Made by a program: the position numbers and the translations under genes
In this document: positions 1 to 11,647 of the stretch, one piece after another
Layout: every line of letters begins with the position of its first letter
How positions within the stretch are numbered: position 1 is the stretch's first letter
DNA from: Cetorhinus maximus
Taxonomy: Eukaryota
Direction of reading: 5' to 3'
Length of the DNA stretch: 64,000 nucleotides
Assembly: GCF_964194155.1 (NCBI RefSeq)
Contig: NC_135881.1
Location: 165,416,001-165,480,000 of the forward strand
The notes under the pieces: generated by a model
What the model saw: only the letters and a program-made list of their open reading frames with translations
Databases searched by the model: none
Told to the model about the DNA's origin: nothing

Positions 1-786
1 TGTTAGGGAGGCAGTTCCAGGATTTTGACCTAGTGACAGTGAAGGACAGTTCCAAGTCAGGACGGTGTGTAGCTTGAAGGGGAATTTGCAGGTGGTGGTG
101 TTCCCATGTATCTGCTACTCTCGTTCATCTAGGTGGTAGAGATTGCAGGTTTCGAAGGTGTTGTCGAAGGAGCCAAGGTGAGTTGCTGCAATGCATCTTG
201 AGGATTGTGCACACTGCTGCCATTGTGTGTCGGTGGTGGAGGGAGCAGATGTTGAAGGTGGTGGATGGAGTGCCAGTCAAGCAGACTGCTTTGTCCTGGG
301 TGATGGCAAGCTTCTTGTGTTGTTGGAGTTGCACTCATCCAGACAAGTGGAGAGTATTCCATCACACTCCTGACTTGTGCCTTATATTTGGTGGACTGAC
401 TTTAGGGAGTCAGGAGGTGAGTTACTCCCTGCAGAATTCCGAGCCTCTGACCTGCTCTTGTAGACACTGCATTTTTATGGCTGGTCCAGTTCAGTTTCTG
501 GTCAGTGCTACCCCAAGGATGTTGATAATGGGGGATTCAGTAATGGTAATGCCACTGAATGTCAAGGAGAGATGGGGGGTGGTATTCTCTCTTGTTGGAG
601 ATGGTCTTTGCGTAGCACTTGTGTGACACAAATGTTAATTGCCAGTTATCAGCCCAAGCCTGAATGTTGCCCAGGTCTTGCTGCATAGGGGTGTGAACTC
701 CTTCAGTATCTGAGGAGTTGCAAATTGTGCAAACATCCCACTTCTGACCTTATGTTGGAAGGAAGGTCATGATGAAGCAGCGGAAG
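1..786 (-). mobile_element. Degraded CR1/L2-group LINE, RT C-terminal region (left part; continues at 3931-4654)
   Basis: Minus-strand peptides MMEYSPLVWMSATPTT and KKLAITQDKAVCLTGTPS resemble the post-RT region of CR1/L2-group LINEs. The sequence breaks at ...gatgaagcagcggaag and resumes at ~3933 atggttgggcctaggacactaccctg. Confidence 0.75.
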
Positions 787-1277
787 GCCTGCACTGGAGT
801 GTTGCTTTGGGCTGCATTAGAATGATTAAGTTGGAGTTTGGCGAGAGAGGGACTTTTAACGGTTAATTTCTATCTAAAGTTTAATTTTTCTTTAATTTAG
901 CAACTAACTAAAAGTTGCTCTTTGGGTTGGGAGAAGGTGAGTTTTAGTCCAGCTTTAAAACACGGGTTATATAGGCTCTGCTTGCAGCTGCACCTGGTTA
1001 ATTAGATAACTGGCTTAAACATGTTTTCAGAAGCTAGATTCACACAGCATAAAAGCAGGCCATCTACAGTGCTGCCTTGGACTGCATTAGGGTGCTTAGG
1101 TTGGAGTTTAGTGAGAGAGAGAGCTTGGTGAAGAGGGAAGGCAGTGATCCTTTCATTTTCTACCTTTTTTCTGTAAGAAGAGCAGCAGCCTTTGTAAGTA
1201 GGGCCTGGTGAGTATTCTGTCCTTAAAATTCTCTAAACTAGGGGAAGTAAAAGTAAAGGGAGTAATTTAAGGTAAGG

Positions 1278-2180
1278 TATAGCAGGGCAGCTCAGCTAAG
1301 TGGAATGCTCCTCCTGTGCTACATGGGAAGTCAAGGACACTTCCAGTGTCCAGGAAGTGTGCAGCAAGTGTCTCCAGTAGCAGCTACTCAAAATCTGAAT
1401 TTTGGAGCTGTGGATTGAGTACTGTGGAGCATCTGCAAGGATGAGATCTTCGTGGATAGTATTGAGGTGGTCATACTGCAGATAAAGAGTGCAGAAAAGG
1501 AATGGGTGACCAGCAGACAGAGTAAAAGCACTAGGCAGGTAGTGCACAAGTCCCCATCTCTCCCTCTAACAGATTATCCGTTTTGGATACTGCTGGGGAG
1601 AAGCATTCTCAGGAAAATGTAGCAAGATCCAAGCCCGTGGCTCAGCTGCACAGAGTGGGAGAAGAAAAAGGGTGGGAGAGCAACAGTGATAGAGGATTCT
1701 ATTGTAAGGGGAGCAGATAGATGTTTCCACAGCCGCAGATGTTTCACCAGGATGGTATGTTGCCTCCCTGATGCCGGGGTCAAGGATGCCACTGAGCAGC
1801 TGCATGACTATCTGAAGAGAAAGGGTGAATAGCCAGAGGTTGTGATCCATATCGGTACCAACGGCATAGAGCGATGAGGCCCTGAAAGCAGAATAAAGGA
1901 GCTAGGAAATAAATTAAAAAGCCAGACCTCAAAGATAGTAACCTCTGGATTATTCCCAGTGCCACGTGCTAGTGAGATCAGGAATAGGAGAATAGGCCAG
2001 ATGAATGCATGGCTGGAGAGATGGCGTGGGAGGGAGGGAGGGAGTTAAACTCCTGAGGCACTGTGACCAATTCTGGGGAAGATGGGACCTGTACAAGCTG
2101 GATGGGTGGACCTCAGCAGAACCAGGACCAATATCCTCGCAGGGTTTTTCGCTAGTACGATGGGGGAGGGCTTAAACTAG
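1278..2180 (+). pseudogene. CR1 ORF1 remnant (zinc finger/leucine zipper plus SGNH esterase)
   Basis: Manual translation gives VECSSCATWEV...CSKC and VIEDSIVRGADRCF...MVCCLPDAGVKD...PEVVIHIGTN. Contains stops and frameshifts. Confidence 0.8.
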
Positions 2181-2237
2181 AGTGGCAGGGGAATGGGAAC
2201 CTGAGCGGGGAGACACAAGAGGGAAACAAAAATAGGA

Positions 2238-3711
2238 ATGAAAGACAGAAAAGTAGAAAGCAAAACTGTAAGACAGAGGAAACAAGGGTTAGCAGCAAAT
2301 AGGGCCATAGTACAGGGAAAAAATGTTAAAAAGACTAGTCTAAAGGCACTGTATCTGAATGCACGGAGCATTTGCAATAAGGTATACGAATTAACAGCGC
2401 AAAGAGATGTAAACGGGTATGATTTGAATGCGATTACGGAGACATGGCTGCAGGGTGACCAAGGCTGGGGACTGAATATCCAAGAGTACTCGATATTTAT
2501 GGTGGACAGACAAAAAGGAAAAGGAGGTGGGTTGGTGTTGTTTGTTAAGGATGAAATCATGACAATAGTGAGAGAGGATATTGGATCAGAAAATGTAGAA
2601 TCAGACTGGGTGGAGCTAAGAAGCTCCAAGGGGCAGAAAACATTAGTGGGAGTTGTCTATAGGCCTTCAGACAGTAGTGGTAAGGTAGGGAACAGCATTA
2701 AACAGGAAATTAGAGATGCATGTAACAAGGGTGCTACAGTAATCATGGGTGACTTTAATCTACATATATACTGGGCAAACCAAATTAGCAATAACACTTG
2801 AGGCGGCTGAATTCCTAGAGTGTGTACGAGATGATTTTTTTAGACCAGTATGTCGAGGAATCGACTAGGGAACAGGCTATCCTAGATTTGGTATTGTACA
2901 ATGAGAAGGGGTTAATTAATCATTTTGTTGTGCGGGCTCCTTTAGGGAAGAGTGACCATAACATGATCGAATACTCCATTAGGATGGAAAGTGAAGTAGT
3001 CAGACCTGAAACTAGGGTCATAAATCGAAACAAAGGAAACTATGAAGGTATGAGGCATGAGTTGGCCAAGATAGGTTGAGGAACTTCATTAAAAGGCATG
3101 ATGGTGGAGAGGCAATGGCTAATATTTAAGGAACAAATGTATGCATTGCAACAGTTAGACATTCCTATCTGGTGCAAAAACACAACAGGATAAGTGGCCC
3201 AACCATGGCTAACGAAAGAAATTAAGGATAGTATTAGATCCAAAGAGGAGTCATATAAAGTTGCTAGAAAAAGTAGCAAGCTTGAGGATTGGGAGCAGTT
3301 CAGAATTCAGCAAAGGAGAACCAAGAGATTGATTAAGAGGGGAAAAATAGATTATGAGAGTACAAGAGCAAGGATGTCTTACTGCTGCTGTACAGGGCCT
3401 TGATGAGACCACACCTGGAGTATTGTGTGCGGTTTTGGTCTCCTTATCTAAGAACGGATGTACTTGCCATAAAAGGAGTGCAGCGAAGATTCACCAGACT
3501 GATTCCTGGGATGGCAGAATTGACGCATGAGGAGAGATTGGGTCAACTAGGCCTGTATTCACTGGAGTTTAGAAAAATGAGAGGGGATCTCATTGAAACG
3601 TATAAAATTCTGACAGAATTGGACGGACTCAATGCAGGGATGATGTTTCCCCTGGTTGGGGGGGGTCTAGAACAAGGGGTCACAGTCTCAGGATACGGGG
3701 TAATCATTTAG
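2238..3711 (+). pseudogene. CR1 ORF2 remnant: apurinic endonuclease joined directly to the C-terminal region
   Basis: LYLNARSI, AITETWL, GVVYRP, IMGDFN and SDHNMI motifs (ORFs 2238, 2822), then PWLTKEIK (3194), then a jump to RPHLEYC (3400). No GVPQGS or FADD motifs. Confidence 0.88.
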
Positions 3712-3930
3712 GACTGAGGTAAGGAGAAACTCCTTCACTCAGGGCGGTGAACCTGTGTAATTCCCTACCACAGAAGGCTGTGGAGGCCAAGTCACTGAAT
3801 ATATTTAAGAAGAAAATATATTTCTGGACTCTAAAGGCATCAAGGGGAGAGAGCAGGAGTATGGCATTGAGACGTGGATCAGCCAGATCATATTGAATGG
3901 CGGGGCAGGCTCCTATTTTCTATGTTTCTA

Positions 3931-4654
3931 AAATGGTTGGGCCTAGGACACTACCCTGTTAAGGGCAGTCACTCTCACCTCACCTCTTGAGTTCATCTCT
4001 TTTGTTTATGTTAGCACTAAGGCTGTAATGGGATCAGGAGCTGAGTGGCCCTGGTGGAACCCAAACTGAACAGGTTATTGCCGAGTAAGTGTCGTTTTAT
4101 AGCACTGCCAATGACTCCTTCCATCACTTTGCTGATGATCGAGAGTAGACTGATGGAACCGTGATTTTCCACCTGCTTTTTGTGGACAGCACATACCTGG
4201 GCAATATTCCATGTTGCTGGGTCGATGCCAGTGATGTAGCTGTACTGGAACAGCTTAGCTTAGGGCACAGCTCGTTCTGGAGCACAAGTGTTCAGTACTA
4301 TTGCTGGAGTGTTGTTAGGGCTCATAGCCTTTGCCATATCCAATGCCTTCAGCCATTTCTTGATGTCTGGCATTTGTGATGCTAGGGACCTCGAGAAGAC
4401 CGAGATGGATCATCCGCCCGTACTTCTGGCTGAAAGTTATTGCAAATGCTTCATCCTTACCTTTTGCACTGATGTCCTGGGCTCCCCATATTTGTGGAGC
4501 CACCTCCTCCTGTTAGTTATTTAATTGTCCACTACCATTCACGACTGGATGTGGCAGGACTGCAGAGCTTAGATCTGATCCGTTGGTTGTTGAATCACTT
4601 AGCTTAGTCTATCGCATGCTGCTTTCGCTGTATGGCATGCAAGTAGTCATGTGT
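3931..4654 (-). mobile_element. Right part of the LINE interrupted by the CR1 at 787-3930
   Basis: Continues the RT sequence left at 786; minus ORF 4315-4503 contains AKGKDEAFAITFSQK. Confidence 0.7.
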
Positions 4655-5798
4655 TGTCAAGAACTGGGTATCGTAATGAAATAAAGTCTTGGCTACAATC
4701 CATGAGCAACCTGTTATTCTTGGAACAGTATGCTAAGCTAATCAGTTGAAATTTTTTCTGCTTCAAAACTGCCTCAATACTCTGCATAAGATTTTAATAT
4801 CTCCCCTGCAACCATGGAAATTAATCGCAATAAAGAACTGTTGTTGCAACCAGGTGAAAAGGGGTGAATTAGCTCCGCTCTATTCAACAACCTTGATTGG
4901 TCACAACAAAGGCCAAGGTTTAAGTTTCTTTTTCATGAGAATAAGCCTTTTCCAAATCAATGTATTTAACTATGTAAGTTGTGAGCAATAAGGGGCCAAT
5001 CAAACAAGGTTTTCTTGAGTCAAGGAGCAAATTTATTAAGCATTGAAGGAAAGAAAAATAACAAAAGTGTGACTTCAAGCATTTGGCACTCATGCAGTCA
5101 TTCAGGCGCGTGCACGCACACACACGTGCACACACACACGCACATACACACACACATATCAGAAATAAGGGGAGTTAGAGTCCAATAAAAAGTAAAAGAG
5201 TTAAGTGCCCTTTGACGATCCTTGAAGCATAGATTTTAAATGTTGCGGCTGATTTGGGTTATATGATTTCTTGGATGCGGCCAGATGTAAAATATGTTGC
5301 AATTATTATGAGACCTTGGTTCACTGGTAGGTTTCTGGTAGAGTTGACTTCTCGAACTGGGTGACACTTATTCCAAAAGAGAGAGAGGGAGAGAGCAGCT
5401 TTCAGTTTGTTTTTTTCTGCTGAAGACTTTCTTGACACCTCTTGTGCCACTTGCAATCTCTCTCTAGTGCCTGGGCAACCTTGCCTTGAAATACTTCGCC
5501 CATTGTATATTTCCAAGAGGCTTTGGGTCGGTCTGTCTGTGGCAGCCTTGTTTCAATATCCAGTACTTTGCATTTTTAATGTCTCTTCCTTAGATATTTA
5601 TGAGTGCTTGGATTATAGGAAATGTCTCTTTCTTCACACTCCCCTGGGGTTGATTTATTTGTTCCTTGCCTTCACCTTGAAATGTGTCCTTGCATTTTTT
5701 AACAGTTTGCTCTGTCTCAGTTCAAATTGCAAAATTTCTAGTCAGTTGAAAGTTGAACAATCATATTTTCAAAAATAAAAGAACATAGCCTCGTGATA
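4655..5798 (-). mobile_element. Possible degraded solo LTR containing a (CA)n tract
   Basis: Starts tgtcaaga and ends tcgtgata (imperfect inverted ends); minus-strand AATAAA near 5032. No convincing TSD. Confidence 0.3.
5107..5156. repeat. Imperfect (CA)n/(CG)n microsatellite
   Basis: cgcgtgcacgcacacacacgtgcacacacacacgcacatacacacacaca. Confidence 0.9.
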
Positions 5799-7589
5799 CT
5801 ATGTACAAATACTGAACCTGATGGCAATAGTGACCTTGTAAACTCCCAAATAAAGTTTCCATTTGCTTCACATAGTGAACATCCCACAGCCTCAGATAAG
5901 GAGGATCAACCAAGCCCCTGTTTTTTGTTTCAGCCTCTATTGCAGAGAAGTGTCCCTGTTCCACCTAATTCTACTTGTCTGCAAAATTGCGGTATGTTTT
6001 ACTACTATAAGCTCAAAATAGAATATAAAAATAAGGACAAAATATGTAACTTGAAAATGGTCACTATTATTTGCAGCTCTGGTCTGAATAACCCCACTTT
6101 CTAGCTCTACTTCACCTGAAGGTTACACCAGGTTTGCACTTGACGTTTTTAATGCCAAGAGAATTAACTATTATTTCTAAATATTATGAATGCAACAGAA
6201 CGATTGCAAGAGCAATCAATTGGAGCTGAACTGAAAACAAATCTTTGATTCTGTGCTGTGCAGATATTTTTACAAATTTTTATTTGGCTTGTATTCTGTA
6301 TGAAGGACAGCCAAATTCATCTTTCTATTAATGATGCTCCTTTAACAGACTTCAATTTTAATAATAGCCATAGACTAATTAGATGACCTGCTTCCCTTTT
6401 TAGAACGTATTTTCCTCATTTAACAAAATATCTCCAGGATAAGAACTTCTATTCTTTTTGACCTAATTCCCCAATGTTTTTGAGCCTATTTCACAGACTC
6501 AGCAATCCTAGAAACGGGTTCACTCAATGTATTATAGAACAATAAATAATGAATATAGTCCATTCTTCAAAAATGAATTGACAAGAAGTCAACAAGCTAA
6601 ACCCCTCCCTCATTTTGTAAGCTATTTTACTCTGAATTCAATGTACCTGTTTGATGGGCGAACAGGGTACCCTAAGATAGCTTCATATGCTTTAGTGCCA
6701 ATCTCTTAAGGGGACCATGGCATATACTGCAGTGTTGCTGAAATTGTAGCATAAATCCAGAGTCTGTACCCAACCTGACTCAGGAGGAATGTGTGATATC
6801 CGAATTGAGGCAGTCTCTCACTGTTTGGATTTGACATTGCATTGGGCTTAACTGAGTTTAAAATGTTCTTGGCTTACTGAAACTATAGGTCTCTTAAGCC
6901 CAACTGTAACTAATTTAAACGTTTAGAGCATGTGGATTCTCCAGCCTACTCGGACGGTTGGAATTTTACCTACTAACGGGAGCTCTGTATGTGCGCCTAA
7001 CATTGAGAATAGCAACCCCAGGGGTTGTAAATGTAGTATTTTCCTACCTGAAACCAAGCAGCAGTGTAGTTTGAGATCAGGAACTGCCAGAAAAATGGAG
7101 CATTAAAAGTACACAAGCTGAGAGGGTTGACTTTCTGCAGCTCTTTGCCCTCTATCATCAGCTTGGCTAATTTCATGTTTTAAAATTTGTTTTGACTATC
7201 TGGCCACAGAAGAATTTTACGATTTATATTAAAATATTGAATTAAATTTAAATATAGCTCACAAGGAATTCAATTCCACAGGGTAGTTGCGTGCTTGGGA
7301 GAGGGGAGCAGGGAGTCCTTCAGATTCCAGCTGAACAGACTGAGACAGGGAAGTGAGGGCTCCTACATTTCATTTTCAGCTTGAGCAGTAGTTGTGGTCT
7401 AGACACCACTGTGCACATCCATACAAATCAGGCTGAGAGAGTTCTATTCAGTCCAATAAGGAACAAATAGTTGCTCCACGCGGTTCCCGTGGTAAACAGT
7501 TTAAATTTGAAAGTTCTCAAGGCCAACCTTCTGCTTTGGTGAACTTGAGATCATCCAAAACTTTGCATTCTGTAACCTGACATGCTTCA

Positions 7590-7995
7590 CCCTTCAGCCC
7601 TGCGCTCATTCTCTGCATTGGTTCGTAGTTGATCCTTGTATTTAAATCCTTCCATGGCCTCACCCCTCCCTATCAAAGTAACATTGTACAACCATCCGAG
7701 GTCTCTGCACTGGTGTGTTCTCCAGTTCTGGCCTCAAGTATGTCCCTGGCTTTCATCTCTCCTCCGTTAGTAACTGTGCCTTCAACTGTCTAGGAATTCA
7801 TTCTCTGAACCCCTCTGTGTCATTACCTCTCTCTCCTCTTTGAGGAGCATGTTAAATGCTCCCTCTTTGATCAATATTTTGAGCACCTGTAATATCTCCT
7901 TATGTGGCTTTTAGTATCGAATTTTGTTTATTTCTCCTTTTGAGAAACACCTTGGATACTTTTACAGCATTAAAGGCTTTATAAATACAATTGTT
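7590..7995 (+). mobile_element. L2 LINE 3' end, degraded
   Basis: ILVFKSFHGLTPPY-like peptide followed by an L2-type tail gaaacaccttggatacttttacagcattaaaggctttataaatacaa. Confidence 0.65.
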
Positions 7996-9212
7996 TAAAT
8001 CTCAACTTCACTGGCCAAACATTCACTCCCTGTCCGGCTTGGAAGCAAAAGTGACAAAGGAATGCGTGGTCAATTGCAAAGCAACTGGTATTGAAAATTG
8101 ACATGAGGACTGAGTGTTCTCTTAACTCGACAATGACTGGGATCAAAGGAAATACTGGCCAAAAAGGTTATACATTACCATGTTAGCAGGGAGAGTTGGC
8201 ATGCTTTGCTACTTTCTATATTAATTGGAGTGTTGTGATGTAAGTTATAATTCTAATAGCTGTGCTGCACATTTATTTAGGATTTATAAAGTAAACTAGA
8301 TAATTTGTATTTCATTTATCTCACTAAAGTGTGAAATTACAGTTATCAGTTCTTGCAACAAGTTGTTTCAATGTCCTGACCATCAGGTCATGTTACGTTA
8401 TAGCTAGATATTGGGCAGAAATGACAAACACTGGATCTTAAGGGATATGGGATAGAAGATACCAATGACAGTAAACCTGAGAGATATCTAGTGTAAACCT
8501 GAAATTTGCAGTGGAAAGTCAAAGGGAGAAAGGGTGGTGGGTGGTGTGGTGCAGGGGGTGTTTGAACTGACTATTTGAAAATTTAACTTGTACTTACATT
8601 GTTAGAAAAATTGCAGTGTCTGTACTTATTGGAATAAAGTGTAAGCCCATGGCTCACTAAATAATACTGTAGTTCACTGCAGCAATATGTTTTCTTTCAA
8701 AAATTTTTTAATGTTGTAGTAAACTCTGATGCTGAGATCTAGAAGAATTTCTAAAAAAAAGCGTATGCTTATAATTAGAAATGTGCACAGAGGATGAGAG
8801 AGTTTTAAAAATTAGAAGCATGTTAAATTGCCCAAAGGATTTGAACCAGACTGTTTTATCATATCAGCTACGACTACAAATTGCAACAGTAGCTGTACCT
8901 GCAAACCAGAAAAGAGGTAATGTATCTCATACCAAAGTAGTAACATGCACATGGAAAGTTATTTGTAGATAATTTTAGACTGGAAGATACTGCTGTACTT
9001 CCATTCCCTTTGGTTATTTCTTACTCTCTTTATGCTTTTTTTTTAGAAAGAAAAGCACCTTATTGAAACCAGTTATCACCTCTAAATCCTGTTGTATGCT
9101 GACCACTGTGAAGTGTAAGGGAGTGCCTTGGGCTGCCTTTTTTTCTCTCATTTTAGCATCGTCCTGTTGACAGGTGATACGCATGGCACTTGCATATTGT
9201 TAATTAGGCACT

Positions 9213-10333
9213 TGTCCGCAGGGACGCGATGTACAAGCCTCTAAAGGGGGAAAAAACGTGCCCAACATCGCCCTCATACTGATGGCCACCTTTGGGTGTG
9301 GCTGCATCAAGCGGTGCGTAGACCCTCAGTACGCAAACACCAAGTGTCACTATGTGCTGAGGTTCTACCTGTCCCTGGTGTTGCGAAGGATGGGTCTGGC
9401 CACGCTGCCGCGGAACGCTCCAAGTAGTTGGACCGTGCCGTACCACCTGTCCCTCGTGGAAAAATTTATGCAGAAAAACACCTTTGACCACAAGTCCATC
9501 AGGCAGTGGTCAGCACGTAACGTCTTAGAGGCCCTGAGGGAAAAGGAGAGGGTGGATCCTGTGGGGTGGTTCCCCGAGCAGACTGTCAAAGTCATTTGGC
9601 AGAATGCCTCATCGCCAGAACTTTCCAACAAGCACCAAGACGTGGCTTGGCTGGTGGTGAGAAAGGCCCTCCCCGTCAGATCCATCCTACACACCAGGAG
9701 TCTCACCCCCTCTGCACGTTGCCCTCGAGGTGGCTGTGGTGGGGAAGAGACCGTTGTTCACCTCCTTGTGGATTGTGCCTTTGCAAAGAAGGTCTGGAGA
9801 GAAATGCAATGGTTGCTGTCGAGGTTCATCCCGAGCAGTTCTGTGACACAGGACTCTGTGCTCTACGGGCTGCTCCCAGGGGGACACACCGAGACAAACA
9901 TCAACTGCAGCTGGAGGATCATCAACTCGGTGAAAGACGCGCTTTGGTCTGCCCGAAACTTGTTGGTCTTCCAGCACAAAGAGTTGTCCCCGACCGAGTG
10001 TTGCGGACTGGCACAATCCAAAGTCCAGGACTACGTGCTGAGGGACGCACTAAAGCTTGGGGCAGCTGCTGTAAAGGCGCAATGGGGAAGGGTCGCTGTC
10101 TAAGACCTTTCTGCCACAGTGCACCGAGGGGCTGGGAACTGTTTAAACCCCCTCGGGCTGTACAGCTCAAAATGAAAGGCTGTAAATGATTGTAATATTG
10201 TTTGTACTGATGCAACTGGTGATACATTTTGTAAAAGTTGAACCGGATTGTACCCTTGAAATGGTGGTTTTGGAATGGTTTGGAATGTGATTGAAGATAT
10301 TTTATGAATAAAGTATATTTTTGCAAAAAAAAA
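9213..10333 (+). mobile_element. 5'-truncated Tx1/L1-clade LINE, young
   Basis: Perfect 19-bp TSD atattgttaattaggcact (9194-9212 and 10334-10352), AATAAA at ~10307, poly(A) tail and an uninterrupted ORF. Confidence 0.93.
9258..10103 (+). CDS. C-terminal part of Tx1/L1-type ORF2 (zf-RVT cysteine-rich domain), 5'-truncated
   Basis: 281-aa open frame with WLVVRKALPVR and CPRGGCGGEETVVHLLVDC...VW (CCHC motif typical of the L1/Tx1 ORF2 C-terminus). Confidence 0.85.
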   Translation: MPNIALILMATFGCGCIKRCVDPQYANTKCHYVLRFYLSLVLRRMGLATLPRNAPSSWTVPYHLSLVEKFMQKNTFDHKSIRQWSARNVLEALREKERVDPVGWFPEQTVKVIWQNASSPELSNKHQDVAWLVVRKALPVRSILHTRSLTPSARCPRGGCGGEETVVHLLVDCAFAKKVWREMQWLLSRFIPSSSVTQDSVLYGLLPGGHTETNINCSWRIINSVKDALWSARNLLVFQHKELSPTECCGLAQSKVQDYVLRDALKLGAAAVKAQWGRVAV

Positions 10334-10603
10334 ATATTGTTAATTAGGCACTAGAGAGCCGCTGGTGAGAGTAAGCACATTGCAACAATTACACTTCAAG
10401 ATCTCTGTTGCATTGCTTTTGTTACTTATCACAGTCCTATCCTGTGCCTGTAAAACTTATCAGGAAGATGGACACTTCGCAGCTGTTTTTTTAAAAAAGC
10501 TGCATGGAATGGACAATTTACCTTAACAAAATGCACTTCAGAGGAGTCAGGTGATTTATTTTGTGGTTTCTATCCAAACAAGAATTAAATCAGAACATTA
10601 AGA

Positions 10604-10666
10604 TAAAAGCAAAATACTGCAGATGCTGGAAATCTAGAACAAAAACAAAAATACCTGGAAAAACTC
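10604..10666 (-). mobile_element. Penelope-like element terminal fragment (family A)
   Basis: aaaagcaaaatactgcagatgctggaaatctagaacaaaaacaaaaatacctggaaaaactc matches the reverse complement of 42555-42617. Confidence 0.7.
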
Positions 10667-10890
10667 TGTCCACTGTCACACAACAGGTAATGAATGGTGG
10701 CCGTTCACACCTGCTTGTAATAAAATAGTTCCTTCACATCCCACTGTTTGTTTGTAGACATCGAGTCTAGGGTGACAATTAAATTTGAGTTTCTGTAAAT
10801 AACCAGGCAATAGCATCTCTAAATTCTCCAATGGAAGGTCCTCCACAAGGGCATTTATATTTTAATGACTTTACAGAGACATGTTTGGAG

Positions 10891-11440
10891 TTAAAAATAA
10901 AAATACCTGGAAAAACTCAGCAGGTCTAACAGCATCTGCGGAGAAGGATACAGTTGACGTTTTGAGTCCGTATGACCCTTCATCAGAACTAAGACATATA
11001 GAAATGAAATATAAGCTGGTAGAAGGGGGTGGGACAGGAGAGCTAGATAGAGGGCCAGTGATAGGTGGAGGCCAAGAAGAGACTGCCAAAGATGTCATAG
11101 ACAAAAGGACAAAGGGGCGTTGATGGTGGTGATATTATCTAAAAGATGTGCTAATGGGGACATTAAGGGAAGCAAGCTAGTGGCAGATGGCCCTAGTGCG
11201 GGTGGGGTGGAGGGAAGGGATTGAAATGGGCTAAAAAGTGGAGATGAAACAATAGATCAAAATAAATTTAAAAATAGGAGGGAAAAGAAAAAAATATAGT
11301 GTAAAAAAAATAAATAAATTATTGGAAAAAAGGGGATCGAAAGAGGGTGGGGATGGAGGAGAGAGTTCATAATCTGAAATTGTTGAACTCAATATTAAGT
11401 CCGGAAGGCTGCAAAGTGCCTAGTTGGAAGATGAGGTTCT
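10891..11440 (-). mobile_element. Penelope-like element 3' region/pseudo-LTR (family A)
   Basis: Same terminal repeat as 42482-42617 and 29861-29960, with a hammerhead motif and a C/T-rich 3' UTR on the minus strand. Confidence 0.75.
10952..10990 (-). ncRNA. Minimal type I hammerhead ribozyme motif (GAAA mutated to AAAA)
   Basis: Minus strand reads AGTT CTGATGA A GGGTC ATACG GACTC AAAA CG TC AACT: stem I AGTT/AACT, stem II GGGTC/GACTC, short palindromic stem III. Confidence 0.75.
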
Positions 11441-11550
11441 CTATCTAATCTAGATAAAAACAAAAAATGCATGCCTGCAAACTAGTTGTCTAAAATTGGT
11501 TTTCATATCAAGTATTCTAAGTTCCAAAGCCTGTGCCATGAACTTTACGT

Positions 11551-11647
11551 CTGCTGGAGATCTGAAATAAAAACGGAAAGTGCTGGAAAAACTCAGCAGA
11601 GAAACAGAGTTAATGTTTTGAGTGCAATATGATTCTTCCTCAGAACT
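11551..11647 (-). mobile_element. Degraded Penelope-like terminal repeat (family A) with decayed hammerhead
   Basis: Minus strand AGTT CTGAGGA AGAATCATATTGCACTC AAAA CATT AACT followed by ctgtttctctgctgagtttttccagcac. Confidence 0.65.

Larger units (their letters stand above)
787..3930 (+). mobile_element. CR1 LINE with 5' UTR, ORF1 and endonuclease but an internal deletion of the RT core
   Basis: Duplicated ~52-bp 5' UTR unit (~799-852 and ~1069-1120), ORF1 remnant, APE domain, post-RT motif RPHLEYCVRFWSPYL, and CR1-type 3' tail tcctattttctatgtttcta. Confidence 0.9.

Noticed and set aside
9365-10326. Alternative-frame and antisense ORFs overlapping the Tx1 ORF
   Set aside because: They are shadow ORFs of a GC-rich coding sequence with no recognisable motifs.
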